NCBI GenBank assembly: GCA_001643675.2
Contig: LSRY02000012.1
Location: 744,001-808,000, forward strand
Source of the DNA: Monocercomonoides exilis PA203
Taxonomy: Eukaryota > Protista > Preaxostyla
Length of the DNA: 64,000 nt
Direction: 5' to 3'
In this document: positions 35,627 through 50,238 of the stretch, piece by piece
Numbering within the stretch: position 1 is the first letter of the stretch
Layout of the letters: each line of letters opens with the position of its first letter
Position numbers and translations under genes: made by a program
The notes under the pieces: model-generated
Told to the model about the DNA's origin: nothing
Seen by the model: only the letters and a program-made list of their open reading frames with translations
Database searches by the model: none

Positions 35627-36559
35627 TTCTAAAAAACATAATTTGTTGTTGTTGAAAAGATCATAACATTTAAAAAGAAAGAAATATTAATTAAAACAAG
35701 AATACTTTTAAAAATTTCTGTTGGTTTTAATATCTATCATTTCGTGGAACGTTTCCATTATGAAACAAGATCATTTTGATGTTTTCAAAAGAAACCAAAA
35801 AAATTAAGCAAAGATAAAATAAAGTAATATTTGGAATATATTTTAGAAATTAAAAATGTTTTTCATTCCTCGTTTAAATTCGTGCTTGCGTTCATAGAGC
35901 TTAAAAAAAAGTTTAAAAATTGATTGATATTATGTTATAATTATGGAAGAAAAATGATCATTGCAAAACACAGTTCAATGTGCTAGAGAGAATCTTTTTA
36001 AGAATCTGATACAAATACTGCTTGAAAGCGAATTACAAATGAACGTGATTATCATTTCACAGCATATGAATAGATTTCTTGGAAAAATTTTGTTTTTCCG
36101 AGAGTTGAGAAAAGAAATGAAAACACCAAAGAAACTGTGAAAAAAAAAGAGAATAGAACGTGAATAATATTAAAGATTATAACAGAAAAGTGAAGAGAAG
36201 CAGCAAAGAGAGAAGCAGACAGAGATGCGAAAAAGTGAGAATGAGAAAAATTGAATGATTGTATCAAAAATGAAACAATGAAAGAAAGAACAAAATAATT
36301 AATTTGCAGCATGAAGAAGAAAAGCTCCACAAAATCCTGCATTCTCTCTTCTCCAACATAAATGATGCTTCTAAAAATTATTCCAAAAAATTCAAACAGG
36401 ACAAATGGCACAAACAACAACAGAAAATTGAAATCGCACAATTGTTGAAGAGAACAAAAAATTCAAAGAAATTGACTGAAAATTAAAAACAAACAAAAAC
36501 GAAAAAACATGAAAAAAATGAAGAACAACAAAAATTTTAAAAACAACAAAAATAATAAA

Positions 36560-37600
36560 ATCACTCCTCTGCTTAAAAACTGGTCTTTGCCTCCGCTCTT
36601 TTGACCCATCACTTTTTCGTCTTGCTTTCCATTATCGTTGAAGAAGGGAGATTGTCCCTTGTTTGCCTTCCCTTCTTCTCTGGATCTTCCAGCTCCTCTG
36701 ATTCTCCTGATTCATCACAACATATCTCAACTGTCGTCGTCATTCTCAAAGGCAGATGAAGGAGGTGGTGAGTCTGTGAATCTCTCGCTCATCACTGAAA
36801 CATTGAGGAAGAAGAAGAGACAACAGTTAATGAAGAGATAGATGAAGAATCGGAATCATCAGAAGAGCAATCAAAGTGGAGGACAATGCAGATAACCATG
36901 TGTTCTGAGAAGAGAACAATATGAGGGCTCAAGTTTGATAAAGAGGGAAGTTCATCTTCCTCATCCTCAAACGAGTGGAGTGCCACATTTGCTACCCAGA
37001 ACATGATCTGGACAGCTGTCATCTCTCTCTCTTGCAAACTCCCAATTGCCATTTCCTTTGTCTTATTTCTTCCATGCAAAAGCATGAACAGCGAATCCCT
37101 TAAGTCAACAATCAGCTTCTCATGTGGTGAAGAGCAGGCCATTGCATCCACCAGATTCGACATCGATGAAGTGGTTGGACACAGACTCTCTGATCGAACA
37201 AAAGTGGATTCTGTGTCTGAAGTGTCTGTGGTTGAAGTGGATGAAATGGATGGCGACGGAGTTCTCTTTCTTGTCTCTTCTTCTTTCTCATCAACCTTCT
37301 CCAATGCCCATTCTGGAATCTTGTCTGAATCTCTTCCCAAGATATATTCAGTCGATCCACTCTCAGATAGAAGATGCTCCGATGATTCCGAGTGTCCCAA
37401 GCTTTTCGCATACACCCTCTTCTTTATCCTCTCTTCATTCTTCTTCTCCGCCTCTCTCTCAGCTCTCCTCCACTGCTCCTCAGGCGACATTTCCATCGTC
37501 ACCATTTCAAATACCTTCAGATCCCTCCTGATGTTATCATTCACAATCTCTCTCAAATCTTCTGCTTCATTCTTGACCTTCCTCCATCGAACAACAAAAT
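36560..37600 (-). pseudogene. Truncated paralog of the receptor-pseudokinase cytoplasmic region
   Basis: Protein closely similar to the C-terminus of 24416-27919 (MSPEEQWRRAEREAEKKNEERIKKR...LRDSLFMLLHGRN). Begins just after the TM and has a frameshift near 36800. Confidence 0.85.
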
Positions 37601-37899
37601 CAGAATTATTTCAGTCGAGATTTCATTGTTGAAGCAATTCTTTAATCACCTTCAATCTTTAAAAGAATTTTCGCCTTACGCATAATAGGCTAAAAGTCTT
37701 CAAACATTAACGTTTGTTGGTAAAAACGAAAAGCAAATAGCTGAGGTGACAGATTGAATGAAAATCCAATCAATAATTTTTGATACAAAACACATTTGTT
37801 TCAAAAATTTATTCATTTTATCAGACACTTCTGAGGAAATGCTTTGTTGGTGCTTGCGCAAACAACTTGAAAGAAAGAAGAAAAATAATATAATAAAAT

Positions 37900-40800
37900 T
37901 CAGTTATATTTCCTTTCTCTTTTACTTTTCTTTTTATCTCTCTTTTCTCTTTCCTTCGCTTTTTCGCCTTCCTTTTCTTTGTTATTTTCCATATTTTTCT
38001 GCTTATCTTCCGATGATGCAATTTCGTTGTTTCTTTTGCGGATAATGTCATCCAAGCGATACCTTTGCTGCTCCACGAAAAGAATATAAGGAGACACCCT
38101 ACTAATTTCTGCAGTAAAGCAAAATGGGAATACAACTTTTTCTTCAGCAGAAGAAGGTGCAGAAGCTGTGACATTATTTGATTGTTGAGTTTCGCTTTGC
38201 GGAGAAGTTTGTGGAGCATCTGTGCAAGTGGAAGAAGAAGAAGAAGAAGAAGAAGAAGAAGAAGACTGGTTGCATTGCTGCTGTTGCTGCAATGAAGAGT
38301 CAGAACCTGAAATACAATTCCCTTCTGTTTGAATGGTTGCAGTCTGAAATTGATGGGATTCATTCATTTGTGATTCTTCAGGCGAATTTTGATGAATTCC
38401 TGTATGTTGCTGAACAATCAATTGAGAATTTTCTGTTTCCTTGCTTTCTTTAGTTGTTTCCGAGTTTTTTCGCAAGCTTGATGCAGGAATAGTAGAAGAA
38501 GGTTGAGAAGAAGAAGAAGAAGCAGAAGCAGCAGGGATTGAAAAAGATTGCGAAGTGGATGGATCAGATGAGCTCTCTGCAGTTGAAGAAGAAGAATCAT
38601 TCTCTTTATGTGGCTGAGGCTGCTGTGGAGCAACTGTGCCTTGAGCCAAATAGTGATAAGAAAAGCGGAAGTTGTCGAAGTAGCGGATAAACAGACGCCG
38701 GCTCGCGATTGCAGCCGACGGGCAAGACGAAGCAGCGCCAACTGCATTGTCGAACGAAAGAGGACGCTCAGCTTCATTCCTTTGCGATTCATCAGGCGAA
38801 TTCTGTTGTGATGCCGAGGAATTCAACTGGGTGTAATTTGACTGGCTGCTGGAGGCAGATTTGGGTAATAAGGAAAGAGGCGAAGGGATGTTAAAAGAGG
38901 ATGCGATACTCATCAGATTGTATGTGAGAGGAGGAATGGAAAGAGGATCATCGCTCATTGGCTTTCGATGTCTGAACAGTTCGATCAGAGAAGCTTGGAT
39001 GATGGGAAGCATGCGAAGTGGAAGAAAAGAGGGAAATATGTTGTGCTAAAAGGGAATTTAAATATTAGTATTTATTATAGATAAACAAAGAAACACATGA
39101 AGAAAGAAAAAATGAAGAAAAGAAATAATTTAAACATTAACAAAAAAACAAATAATAAAATTAAACACACATATTGTCCTTTTTGCTCAACTTGCCTTGC
39201 GATTTCAGCTCTAACAGACAGCCAAGAGGCGAAGAAAAACGCCAAAGTCAAGTTTAAGCAGGAATTAATGTGACGTGAAAGCAACTGATGTGAAGGAAAG
39301 CATGCAGAAGAAGCAGAGAACGGAGACGAAAGAGAAGTTTGTGAAACTTCTGAGGAAGAAGAAGAAGAAGAGAAAGAAGAAGCAGATAACGGTGCTGATG
39401 ATTGCTGTTTTTCTGAAAGAGAAGGAAGTGGAGGAGCCGTTCGAATAATCCTCAGTTTTTCTGTCTCTCGCTCAATTTTTCGTTTGATTACAGAAATTTC
39501 CTTTTCCAGTTCTTTTTCTCTGTTATTTTTTGCTTCTGTAGCACTTTCTCCACTCTGCTTCTGCTGTCTGTTCGCTAAATCCCTTTGTTGCTTTATTCCT
39601 TTCAATTCTGATTCCAAAAGCGCTTTTTCTTTCTCCAGCCTTTTTCTTCTCACGCTGCACAGCTTTTCCTGAATCACCTCTCTCTCATTCATCCATTTAA
39701 TCAGCGCCTCTTCAATCTTATCAGTCGGAGGGAAAAAATACCCTCTGAACGCTTCTGCCAGCCCAAACAGATTCGGCAGGATATTCGGTGCTGTTTTCAT
39801 GTTAAAGCCGAGGGAATTGTTTGGAATGACAACTGTGAATGAAGGCGGAGTGCGCTGGCGAGGCTGCTCTTCGGCTTGTGTGTTTGATGCTGCCTCTGCT
39901 TCTGCTTCTGATGATGATGATTGATTTGTCGTTGTTTGAGCTTCAGCTGAAGAAGAAGAAGAAGAAGAAGACGATGATGATGATGTCGTTTCTGATGCTC
40001 CTAGTCGCTCATTAGATGATCCATCCACAGTTGGAGTTGGCGAAGATATAGAAGAAGTTTGCCCCTCCATTTTCTGAGCTTGTTGTGCCTCTTGAGCAAT
40101 CTGTGATAAGAAGGAAGTATTTTCAGAACCTTCTTTCAGCGTTAAAGAAGTCAAAGAAGAGGAATTTGAAGAAGAAAGCGGATTTGGAGAAGTTGGAGAA
40201 AAGGCTTCTGCTTGTGAAGAAACAGCAGACAGAGAAGGAGAATCAGAAAGAGAGCGAATTGAAGATAATGTTGAGTGCAAAGAAGGGCAAGTTGACGAGG
40301 CAGCTGAGGTGTAATTTGCAGATGAAGTGACGAATGTTTGTGAAGTGTGCATTGAGTTCTGTGGAATGTTTGATGGAGATGCAGAAGCAGAGTAAGCAGA
40401 GGAAGAAAGCATTGGTGAGGATGATAATGATGGAGATAGAGATAAAGTGCTTGATGGTGTTGAAGTGGCTGAAGTGGATGCTGAAGTGACAGTCGAAGAA
40501 CAGGAAGGAGGTGAAAGTGAAGGGGAAGGAGATGAAGAGGCAGATGGAGTTACAGATTTGACTTCCTTTTGTTCTTTCTTTGTTTTATTATTTCCATTCT
40601 GTTTATTTTTTTCATTCTCCGCAGCTTCCGCTGCCTCTGCCGCTTTCCTCTCCTCCTCCTTTTTCAGCGCCTCCTTTCTCAATTTCTCCATCCTAATGCG
40701 CCTTTTCTCCTTCGAGTCCCACACGCGCTGTGCCATCTCTTCTTCACCCACCCAAACGTCGCCCATCATCAGACACAGCAGCTGAAGAGACGCCAGATGC

Positions 40801-42775
40801 TCAGCAGGGATGCTCCACACAGCAGAAGCCAGTCTGAACAGGTAGAAGAAGTCCAGGCGGCTGAAAATGGATTCGCGGATAAAGAATGATAAGTTGGTTT
40901 CAAGCACTTCCATGTTGGTCTGATTGGCGAGCTTGTTGGTTTTCTTCTCTTCTGGTTTTTGATCTTTCGCATTCTCTTTTTCAGCTTCATTATCTTTGTC
41001 TTTGTCTTTGCCTTTCCCTTCTTCTTTTTCTTTCTTTTTCATTTCATTTACCTCTTCTGTTTTGCTTTCTTCTTTTGTTTTTCCATTGCTTGTATCTTCC
41101 GTTGGCTGCTCTTTTTGTTCACTTTTCTTTTCATCCTTTTTCTCTTCTGCCTCTTCTCTCGCTTTTGCCCTCTGCTTTTCCTCTTTTGCCTGCTGTTTGA
41201 TCTTTTTGTGCAGTCGTTGATAAGTTGCATCGTTTTCATCAAAGTCATCTTCATCACAGAGCATCCACAACAAATCAACCAGCCGCTTTTCTTCGTCTTC
41301 TTCGGGGCTTGTTTCTCGGGGTGGGATCGGAATTGGCTCAAAATCTGCTTCATTTTTCTCCGTGTTTTTGTCTTCTTCTTCAGAGTCAGAAAGATCTTCA
41401 TCTTCTTCTGGTAATTTATTGCTTTCTTCTGCTTCTGTAGGCTGAGCATCGGATGCGTTTTCGTCAGTTTTTTTCTTCATCGATTTCACAACTTTGCGCC
41501 TGTACTCCTTTTCAATCTTTTCCAGTTCAGCTCTCCTGCCGCATGAGACGGCAATAACAAACTCCACAGCAGAATGCACTGGAATGAGATTTGGTGTCAA
41601 CATGCCAAGAAAAGTGCACAGAACATAAATACACATTGAGACGCTGGAGCCATCGGGCAAGTATGTCAGTGGGTCTTATGAATGTTTTATAAGGCGTCAG
41701 AAATCATAATTATCGGAAAAATCAAAAAATCAAAATTTTTTAATTAAAAACCCGTGATTCTATTGAAATGGTTAAAGATTAATACCCGTCAGAAAAAGAT
41801 GTACTGTCTTCGCAAACAGATCAACTGTTATCATTGAATTTGGGAAGCACGGAGCTTCTTGAAATAGCAATGGACAAACGTTGTCTGGAGATAGTTTTGA
41901 AATTGTTCCAAAAAAAAAAATGAAGAATATTTGAAAAAGAATAAAGTTCATACAATGTGTTCTTGAAAAAGCAGATCCTAAAGAAATCAACCAAAACGGT
42001 AAATATTCGAAAGATGAAATCTGTGTACGCTTAACTTCAATTTTATGGAGTGTTCCAAGTGAAATTTGTGGAAGGGTTGAAAGCGATTCTTCAGAAGTTT
42101 CAGAACTTTTTGACAAAATAGGAGGATGCATCTGCATGTGCCGAATGATTTTCTTTTCTTTATCCATTCTGTATAGACACGACTCGAGTTGAATTTCGTT
42201 TATGGAAAGAAAAGATTCCAAAGAGTCACAATAACTCAAATAATGCATTTTAACTTTCAATTCCTTTGGTAACGAAAAAGACCTGAACGAGGACAAAAAC
42301 GAATTTGATGAAATCGGACCAATAACATATACTGCTTCCATTTTAGAAGATATTTCTTTTGGAAGCTTTTTGTAGAATGTCTTAAATTCATCAATTGAGA
42401 AATGAAAGCAAGAATTTTGAAAAAATTGCGTCAGCAACACAATGAACGGTTTTGGGTACTATTTCAACAGCAATTAATACACAGTTATAAAGTTTAACAG
42501 GGATGAAAACAAACGATTTCCATAACAACAAGCATCAATGCAAGAATAACATGTTCCAATTTCAAAAAATCATTCACTGCATGAGCTTGAATTGCAATAA
42601 TAGGTCTATGAGCCAAGTCATATCCACATCTTTTCACGGGCCTGTGAACTTGTAAGGATGAGCCTTCATATGCTTCAATCAAATCTAAAAATTGATGAAA
42701 AACAGGATCTACATCTTCTTTTTTAACATGTTCCAAAAATTTGTTGTCGTATTGAAGGTACTCCATGACTGGCAC
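37900..42775 (-). CDS. Multi-exon BCH(CRAL-TRIO)/RhoGAP-like protein (ARHGAP1/p50RhoGAP-like architecture) with low-complexity inserts
   Basis: GYDLAHRPIIAI, FKTFYKKLPKEISSKMEAVYVIGP and KMHYLSYCDSLESFL resemble BCH motifs, followed by a divergent GAP-like helical region. ORFs 42494-42775, 41772-42440, 39075-41660 and 37900-39012 are separated by short AT-rich introns. Confidence 0.6.
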
Positions 42776-43432
42776 TTAACGAATCCCAAAGAGTACCTTC
42801 ACCTTCTCAAAACAGCAAAGAAAAATATTTAGATCAAAGAATTTTTAAACTTTCATTTTATTAGAAAATAAACTGACTTTGTTATTTTTTTCTAAGTTCA
42901 TGTTTCACACTCACACATAATACATAATGAAAAATGTTTTGATCAAACTGAATCGTAACAAAAATTTTTCAGATAATACTTTTTTATTATTACTTTTCAT
43001 CTTGAAAAATAGATAAAATTACGATATGTTAAAAGTCAAAAAAACTATTGTGATCAAAAAATATATATTTATCAAGAAATATTTGATTTTTTATCAAGAA
43101 TTAGCTTTTCTTTGCATTTTCGTGATATCTTTCATAGCTTTTCAAAAACTCTTGTTTTTGCGTAAAGAAAATGCTTTTCCTACAAAAAGAAGCATTTTTA
43201 TTATAAAAATTTTAGAAGAGAATGTTTATTGAAGCAGACAAATTGGATAAATATGGAAGATAAAGAGGCTAGAAAACAACAATAAAAATAAAAATTGACA
43301 AAGAAACCACTCTTATTTCTATCAATTATTTGCTTTATGAAATGACGAATGATTTTTATAAAATACATAAATGCAATTTAAGAAATAAAAACTTTTGTGA
43401 AATGAAAATTGTGTGAACTTAAAAAAATATAA

Positions 43433-44245
43433 TCACAAAAGAATAAAAAACATGAAGAAAAAGAGGACCAACATCAATATTTGAAGTAATCTTTTTTGTA
43501 TCATTTGTTGATGATCGAACATATTGTTTTGCAGATTAGTTCTATTTGTATTTCTTTCAGAATCGACTGTTCCGTCATGCGATACAGTATCTGGTATCGT
43601 TATGTTTTGATTTTCTTCATTTTGAATGAAGTTAGTACGCGGGAAAGGTTCGGCTGGCTGCAAAGTTGGCATAAATCCACCAAACGGAAACATTGGAGGA
43701 ACAAATCCAACTCCAGTTCCAAATTGGAAAGAAAAGCCTCCAGGAAATGCTCGAAAAGCATGATTGAATTGAGGAATTTGATGATGTGGTTGCGGAGGAG
43801 GAGATGGAGGTCGATGAGCAGCTGGTCGAGGTGGAATAGTTTTAGTTCTAATTTTGAAAATATAAATATTACCATAAAATAACAATATATATAAGTTTAA
43901 AAACTTTGGATCTGTTGACTCTTTTCCTCTGCCATATATCGGAATCACTTTTTCAGCATCGCAAGATGCATTGCAAACAGGGCAAGTTTTTCTGTTATTG
44001 AGCCACTTAAATCATAAAATTTTTGAAAGAAATAATATAAATTATAAAAGTAGTTAACATTCAAAAACAATCTTAAAGAATTATTCGCATACCTCGTGAA
44101 GACAACTCCAACAATATAAATGACCGCATTGCGTCAAAACAGGATCAGTCGGCTCATCAAAACAAATATTGCAAGTAAAGACGTTTGAATGTTCGTCAGA
44201 TTGAGGTTCCTGCTCGTCTGAACTGCTTGAAGCAGCAGAAGACAT
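43433..44245 (-). CDS. RNF5/RNF185 (RMA1)-like C3HC4 RING E3 ubiquitin ligase with C-terminal TM
   Basis: MSSAASS...FTCNICFDEPTDPVLTQCGHLYCWSCLHE|WLNNRKTCPVCNA...VIPIYGRG...IPPRP. GT-AG introns at 44006-44092 and 43848-43904. Hydrophobic tail. Confidence 0.92.
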
Positions 44246-44462
44246 TTTTGAAAAAAATTGGTTTTAAAACAAAAATATGGTAAATTGATCTTTTAAATGA
44301 ATAAAAAATTAATCCTATATATAAAAAATTTCAATGAAGACATTTCAACATTTATTTTAAAATGAAAGAAGACACACTAACAAGAAACATAAAAAATCGA
44401 TTTAAATTTAAAATAAATTATCAAATAAAAATTTGAAATAACTTAAAGAAAAACTACCACAA

Positions 44463-47347
44463 TTATTCATCAATATTAAGCATCGTAATTATTTTCTTTG
44501 CGCGCCCAACAATTTGAGAAATGATGGGCTTATGGCGAGACAAAGAGGCATCCGAATAACTTGCAAATAGTGAATCCATTTCGGGTTTCTGATCTCTTTT
44601 AGTTGGAGCAAAAAATGGATGAGTTATCAGAAAAGATGGATAATCTGCTTTAAAAGGAGCACAAAATGATTTGCTCTGCTGTTCTGAAGTCAAAAGAAAA
44701 GGCTGCGAAAACGAGGCAGTCGACGCAGCGCTTTGGACAATTTCATTTCCGTCGAGTGTGATGAATGACTCTACACTGGGCGAAAACGAAGGAAAAGAAA
44801 AAGCAGATAGAGAAGAAGGGTCTGACAGAGGGAGAGGAGGCAGAGCTAGTTTTTTGTTCTCAGAAGCAGCTGACTCCTTCTCTGCTTTTGCTTTTTGGTA
44901 TTCAAATGATTTTCTTGCGGTCTCCACACAGAAATACGGCTTGTCCCACCTGTGGACAATAGACATAACACCCTCAAGCAATCCAGGTGTATTACTAGCA
45001 ATTCTTCTTCTTTCTGTCCATTTTCCGAAAATTTGTAGTTTTTTTGTGTTTTTAGATTGAATTGATTTGGATGTGGTTTGAGAAGGGGGTTGTTCTTGTT
45101 TTGTCGGATTGTCGGATTTTGGAAGATTTGAAGAAAAATCTGAACTTGTTGATGATTTCTGTTGAATGTTCGTAACATTATCATTTTCATCTTCTTTGTT
45201 GCTTTCTTCTTTCTCTTCTTTTCCATTCATCTTAAATTCAACTTTATCCATTTCTTCTTCTTCTTCCTCCTCCTCATCGTCATCGTCATCACCTTCGAGA
45301 AGAAGTGTCAAAAGAATCAGAATTTGAAGAAGAGAAGTGCTGTTTCCTGTCATCAGCCACTCCGGCAGAGACTCAAAGATGCCAAGATCAACAAGCATAT
45401 CTCGATTGTCTGAATGAATACAGAATAATAATTATAAATCATAATAATAACAAAAATGAAAATATTGAAAAAAAAAGAATTTGAATGAACAAAAAAAGGT
45501 CAAAATTGAAAGAAAAAGTAACTTTTCAGCAAAAAAACAATAAAAATACTTAACAAAATACACCAACCTTCATTTTCAGCCAAGCAAATAAGCGAAACAA
45601 CACATCCAATCGAAATATGTGTAGGCCCTTCTCTTATCTGCTCAATCAGCACCTCCGCCACCTCTCTTCCTTCTTCTCCAACAGGCATGTTCTTCCACTG
45701 CCGTGTCAATATCTTCGCACACTGCTTCGCAATCACATGCGAATATGCTGAGATGTAAAGAGGAGAGTCACACGAATGTACCTTCATCATCGACCGCACC
45801 AGCGACACCACAGGCGAATCCAGCGTCCCCTTCTTCTTCCACAGGGCCTTCAGCAGCTGTGGCGAGAACAGCTGGTTTTCTCCCTCTGAATCCTTCAGAC
45901 TGTCCAAAAGGAGCTGAGAAAGAGATGCGCTGTCACACAGAAAGACAGCGCCGGGCTGCGGCAGCTCGTCCAACGCGACAAAAATCGGGTTGTTCACAAG
46001 CAGGAAAATGGAGTCGATGGAAGGGATGATCAGAGCAAGTGACGTTGTTGCCGAGAAAAAAGAGGATGTTGTGAGGGAAGTGGCATAGTGCTTTGCTAAG
46101 GTGAAGGCTGGGACGAGGCAATAGGCAGTTATCAGGGCAGAAAGCGAGCCAAAAAACACAGCAGAATCTTCTGCTTTCACAGGGAAGTCAAACAATTCCT
46201 GTTCAATTTGTATCTCTTTGTCCTTGTGCTTGTTCCACTCGGCTATTTGGGCTTCTTCTTTTTCTCTCATTTTTTGTTCTTCTTCAGTTTTTAATAAAAC
46301 CAGCTGTTTCAGCTCCGACAGCATAAACTCCTTCATTTCGTCGTTTGCTGATCGATTTTCAGTGTTTGAATGAAAACTCGAAGTTGAACTGTCATTTTCT
46401 CCTTTCTGCATATCTTCTGCCTTCTTCTCATCAGAATCTCTGTTACCTCCTTCTTCTGCTTTTTCCTCTGAAGAAACTGAGTCTTTCTGTTTGAGTTCCT
46501 GTTGGATCAACATTTCCACTCTTTTTCTCTTTTCCTCGTCTTTTTCAATAGTGTCAATAAGCTTGTCTATCTCTTCATAGCTGTATTTCTCTGTAAATCT
46601 TCCTTTTCCCTCTTCTTCTTCTTCTTCTGCACCGCTACTAAAATGCACCTTTTCGCTGTTTAATTGACTGCTTTGCGGAACTTTGTGGAAGAATGTCACA
46701 AGCGAATGAAGCGAAAAGATGTCATCTTCTTCATTTTTTGATGATTTTGAAGAAAACAAAGTGGATGAGTCGGTCTGTGGAGTGCTTGAAATGCATGAGA
46801 TGTCTGAAGAATCAGAGCGAAATGGAGAAGAAGTTGAAAAAGTTGATGTGCAAAATGAAGAAGAAGAAGAAGAAGAAGAAGAAGAAGAGATAGAAGAAGA
46901 AGAAGAAGATGATGATGATGATGATGAAGAACAAATTGCATCTTTCAAACAAACCCCATCTCTTTTCCCCGTTTTCCTATCTCTCTCCATTTTCTCCTTC
47001 TGCATCATCCGAAGAAACCGCCACACTTTCCACTTCCATTTCTTCTCTCTTCTTTCTGCCAGGCGCTGGCTGAAGAAAAGAACAACAAGCACAAATTGAG
47101 CGCAGTTCTGCTGCACCCGTCCTTCTGTCATTCTCAAAAGCGACGAAATTTCAGGGAGAAACGAGGCAGCCAGGCGGAAGTGATACAGCTCGCTTGTGTA
47201 AGAGAGAAGAGAGAAGAGCGGAGAAGATGAAGAAGAAACGTCATGGAATTGGAAGAATTTTGAAGGCTTGTGAGATTTGGAGATAGAAGAGGAATGATGT
47301 GAGTGTGGAGATGAAGATAAAGATGAAGAAGAAGAAGAAGAAGATGT

Positions 47348-47384
<37 letters not shown>

Positions 47385-50238
47385 GATGAAGAAGATGAAG
47401 AAGATGAAGAAGATGAAGAAGATGAAGAAGATGAAGAAGATGAAGAAGATGAAGAAGATGAAGAAGATGAAGAAGATTTGTGATTTGAAAACGAATTTTT
47501 GCTGTTGATTGAAAAAGCAGAAGAAGGAAACGTGCTAGTTGAAATGGATGGAGGTGGAGTTGTGTCAGACACAAAAGAAGGAAGATGAGGTGAAGAAGAA
47601 GAAGAAGACGATGATGATAAAGAAGAAGCATTAGAAGAAAAAGTCAAGTTTTCAGGACAGAACTTCGAAAGCCATTTCTTGCGAGCCGGAGAAAGAGCTG
47701 AATCATTTCTGAAATAAGATTTGATCATGTTCCCTTCTTCATCGATGGCTTCACTTGTAATCTCGTCATCATCAGTTACATCGTCATCGTATTCGTGTGA
47801 AAACAGCTCTCTCAGCTCAGCTTCTTCTTCGTCTTCTTCGTCTTCTGCTGGCATTTGCAGGCTAATCGCACTGTCTGTACTCAAAATGCCTTCTTCAAAG
47901 ACAATCGGCTTCCATTCGTGTTTCTTTGAATTTTTGCTTTTTTTGATTTTTCTTGCTCTTATTTCATCACTTGTATCTTCCAATGATGAATCATACACTC
48001 CAATTTCTTCATCACAATCACCCATTATCACATCCTTCCTAATCTCCCTCTCCCTCTCTCTTTCCCTTTCCCTTTCCTTCCTCCTTCTCCTCCTCCTCCT
48101 CTCCTTCCTCCTCTTCTCCTTCTCCTCCCACTCGCTGAAGCTCCGCATGTTCTGCCACAGATCCAGCAGCGTAAACAGCAGCGCCACAAGCGTCCGTGTC
48201 TTCTTCACTGCCCTTTCATCTGAAAGCGATTTCTTCAGGTGCCGCAGCAGATGCGCCTCGCGGTGCTCACTCAGCGACTGGTCGAGGAAGACTGAGCGGG
48301 GGGCTGAGAGAGGAGAAGAAGGAGAAGAAGAAGGAGGAGAATGGGAAGGATCAGAAGAGGACGATGCAGAAACAGAAGAGGTTTCAGCTGAATTACTTGA
48401 TAATGGAGTTTCTGTCAGAATATCCGAACAAGTCGAGGAAACAGACTCAGAAGCGCTAATTTGCTCTGTTAGTGAAGAATCCTGGCTGTGTGGAAAGAAA
48501 TCATACAAACTGGAATCGAAGCTCCCGTTTCCTCTGATGGACGAGTCGAACTCTGGATTTCGACTGTAAAAATCAGCTCCTCCAAACAGACTCAGCCTGT
48601 CAACTTTGTTTTTCTGTCTATTTTCTCCTTCTTCACTGAGACAGCCAGCTGAATGCCTGCTGATCTTTTCCCCTTGTGGCTGAGCTTTTGTTTGTTTTCT
48701 GAGCCAATCTGCCTTTTTCTTGCCGTGTTCGCTCCATTTCTTTTTGAGCAGCTCGTTTTCCTGTTCGCCGCGCCCAGAGCCTGACGAACAGCGAGCGTCG
48801 TCGTCCTTCTTAAAGATCGCAATTGTCTGCGGGATGAACGTCTTCATGTTGAACAAAACGAAGTTGAACAGGAAAGACGGCGAAAGCAGAGGAATATGCG
48901 TTGGATTGCACCTTCCTTTCAGTCCTTCTTGTCCTTCCTCGCATTTCCCATCATCATCACCATCATCATCGCCATCGCTGCTGCCATCTCCGCTCTTTTT
49001 CGCTTTCTTGTCATCTTCTCCTTTGACCGAGCCGTCTTCAGAAACATTCATGCTTCCATTGTCTTTGCGGGTTGGTAGTCCTTCTTCGTTGCTCACAAGG
49101 AACAAAGCAGCCTGGCGCGGAATGTTCATGCCATCGTCCAGGTTGTATAAAGCAGATAACGTCTGGTCAGCTACAGACATATTCGAGTGCCTTTAATTCA
49201 TACCGAATGTTTCGCATACAAAAAAAGAACAAAACAAAATAGATTGAAAAATAAGAAAAATTGAGAGCGACACACTGCAGAAGATGATAGACAAGAGGAA
49301 GCATCCCGCAGTCGATAAACATTTCCTTATTTGCTGTGGCAGAATGAAATTATTGTTAACTGTTGATTAAAAAAAGAAACCTTTCAACAAAGCACACTTT
49401 CACTTTGGACGAAATAAGCAATAGCTTCAGCAATTCCGTTCAATGGGCCAATTCCAAATGCCTCAGTGAGTAAAATATTTTTCAATTGAAAAAGAATAGG
49501 AGGAAAGTCTGCTGGTGCTGCAGTTCCTCTTACGAGAAGAAGCATCGTGCAAATTTCTAATAAGACAGTTGCCTTTTCTGAATGTGTAAAAATATTTTCA
49601 AATAGAAAATCCCAAAGTCCTGCTTCATAAAAATATTTTCTTATGCTCGTCATGACTCCATACAAAGAGTAACGGCAGGCTAATACAGCGATATTATACA
49701 ACTCAGAAACAAGATAATGAAATATTGCTGAACGATAATAAGTGTTCAGCAAAGCTTTCTTAAAACTTCTCAATGCAATTTTTAAATCAAATGAGTTTAA
49801 TGCGACTTGGCGACCAAAAGTTAATCGATTTGAAAGAAGAGTTGCAAGTTCGTGGTATTGTCTTGTCTGCGAGCCAAGCATTTCAATACACTCACAAAAT
49901 AATTGAAGTCGAATACTGTTATCAAAAAGAAAGTCGTTTTCTTTAACCAGGACGTAAGCACATTCCATTGTGTTGATAACAACATTTCGAAAAGAAGATT
50001 GCAATAATGGAAATAGAAAGTTCAGAATGTTGTGCCGGTAAAAGGAATAAATGCTCGACTCTGAATTCTTAACTATATCACATAATTTTGAAACACCTTC
50101 GGCTTGATCTGAGGCTTTTTCTGATGTGATTAATTGAATAATTCTTGCTGTTGATAAATTCTGACAACTTTGAAATTGTTCATATAAAAAATCAGATTCT
50201 ACAACAATAATAAAAATAGAAGCATTTTTAATAAACAA
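44463..50238 (-). CDS. Large multi-exon ARM/HEAT-like protein with poly-Ser and acidic inserts
   Basis: Co-oriented ORFs 49384-50238, 45500-49180 and 44463-45398 separated by short AT-rich introns. Amphipathic helical repeats (QLITSEKASDQAEGVSKL; ALSALYNL-like). Confidence 0.65.
47323..47478. repeat. Coding (GAA/GAT)n and (GAAGAAGAT)n repeat giving poly-Ser on the minus strand
   Basis: Read directly within ORF 45500-49180. Confidence 0.9.

Noticed and set aside
47323-47478. CRISPR-like or telomeric array
   Set aside because: Simple coding trinucleotide repeat with no spacers. No CRISPR array seen in the window.
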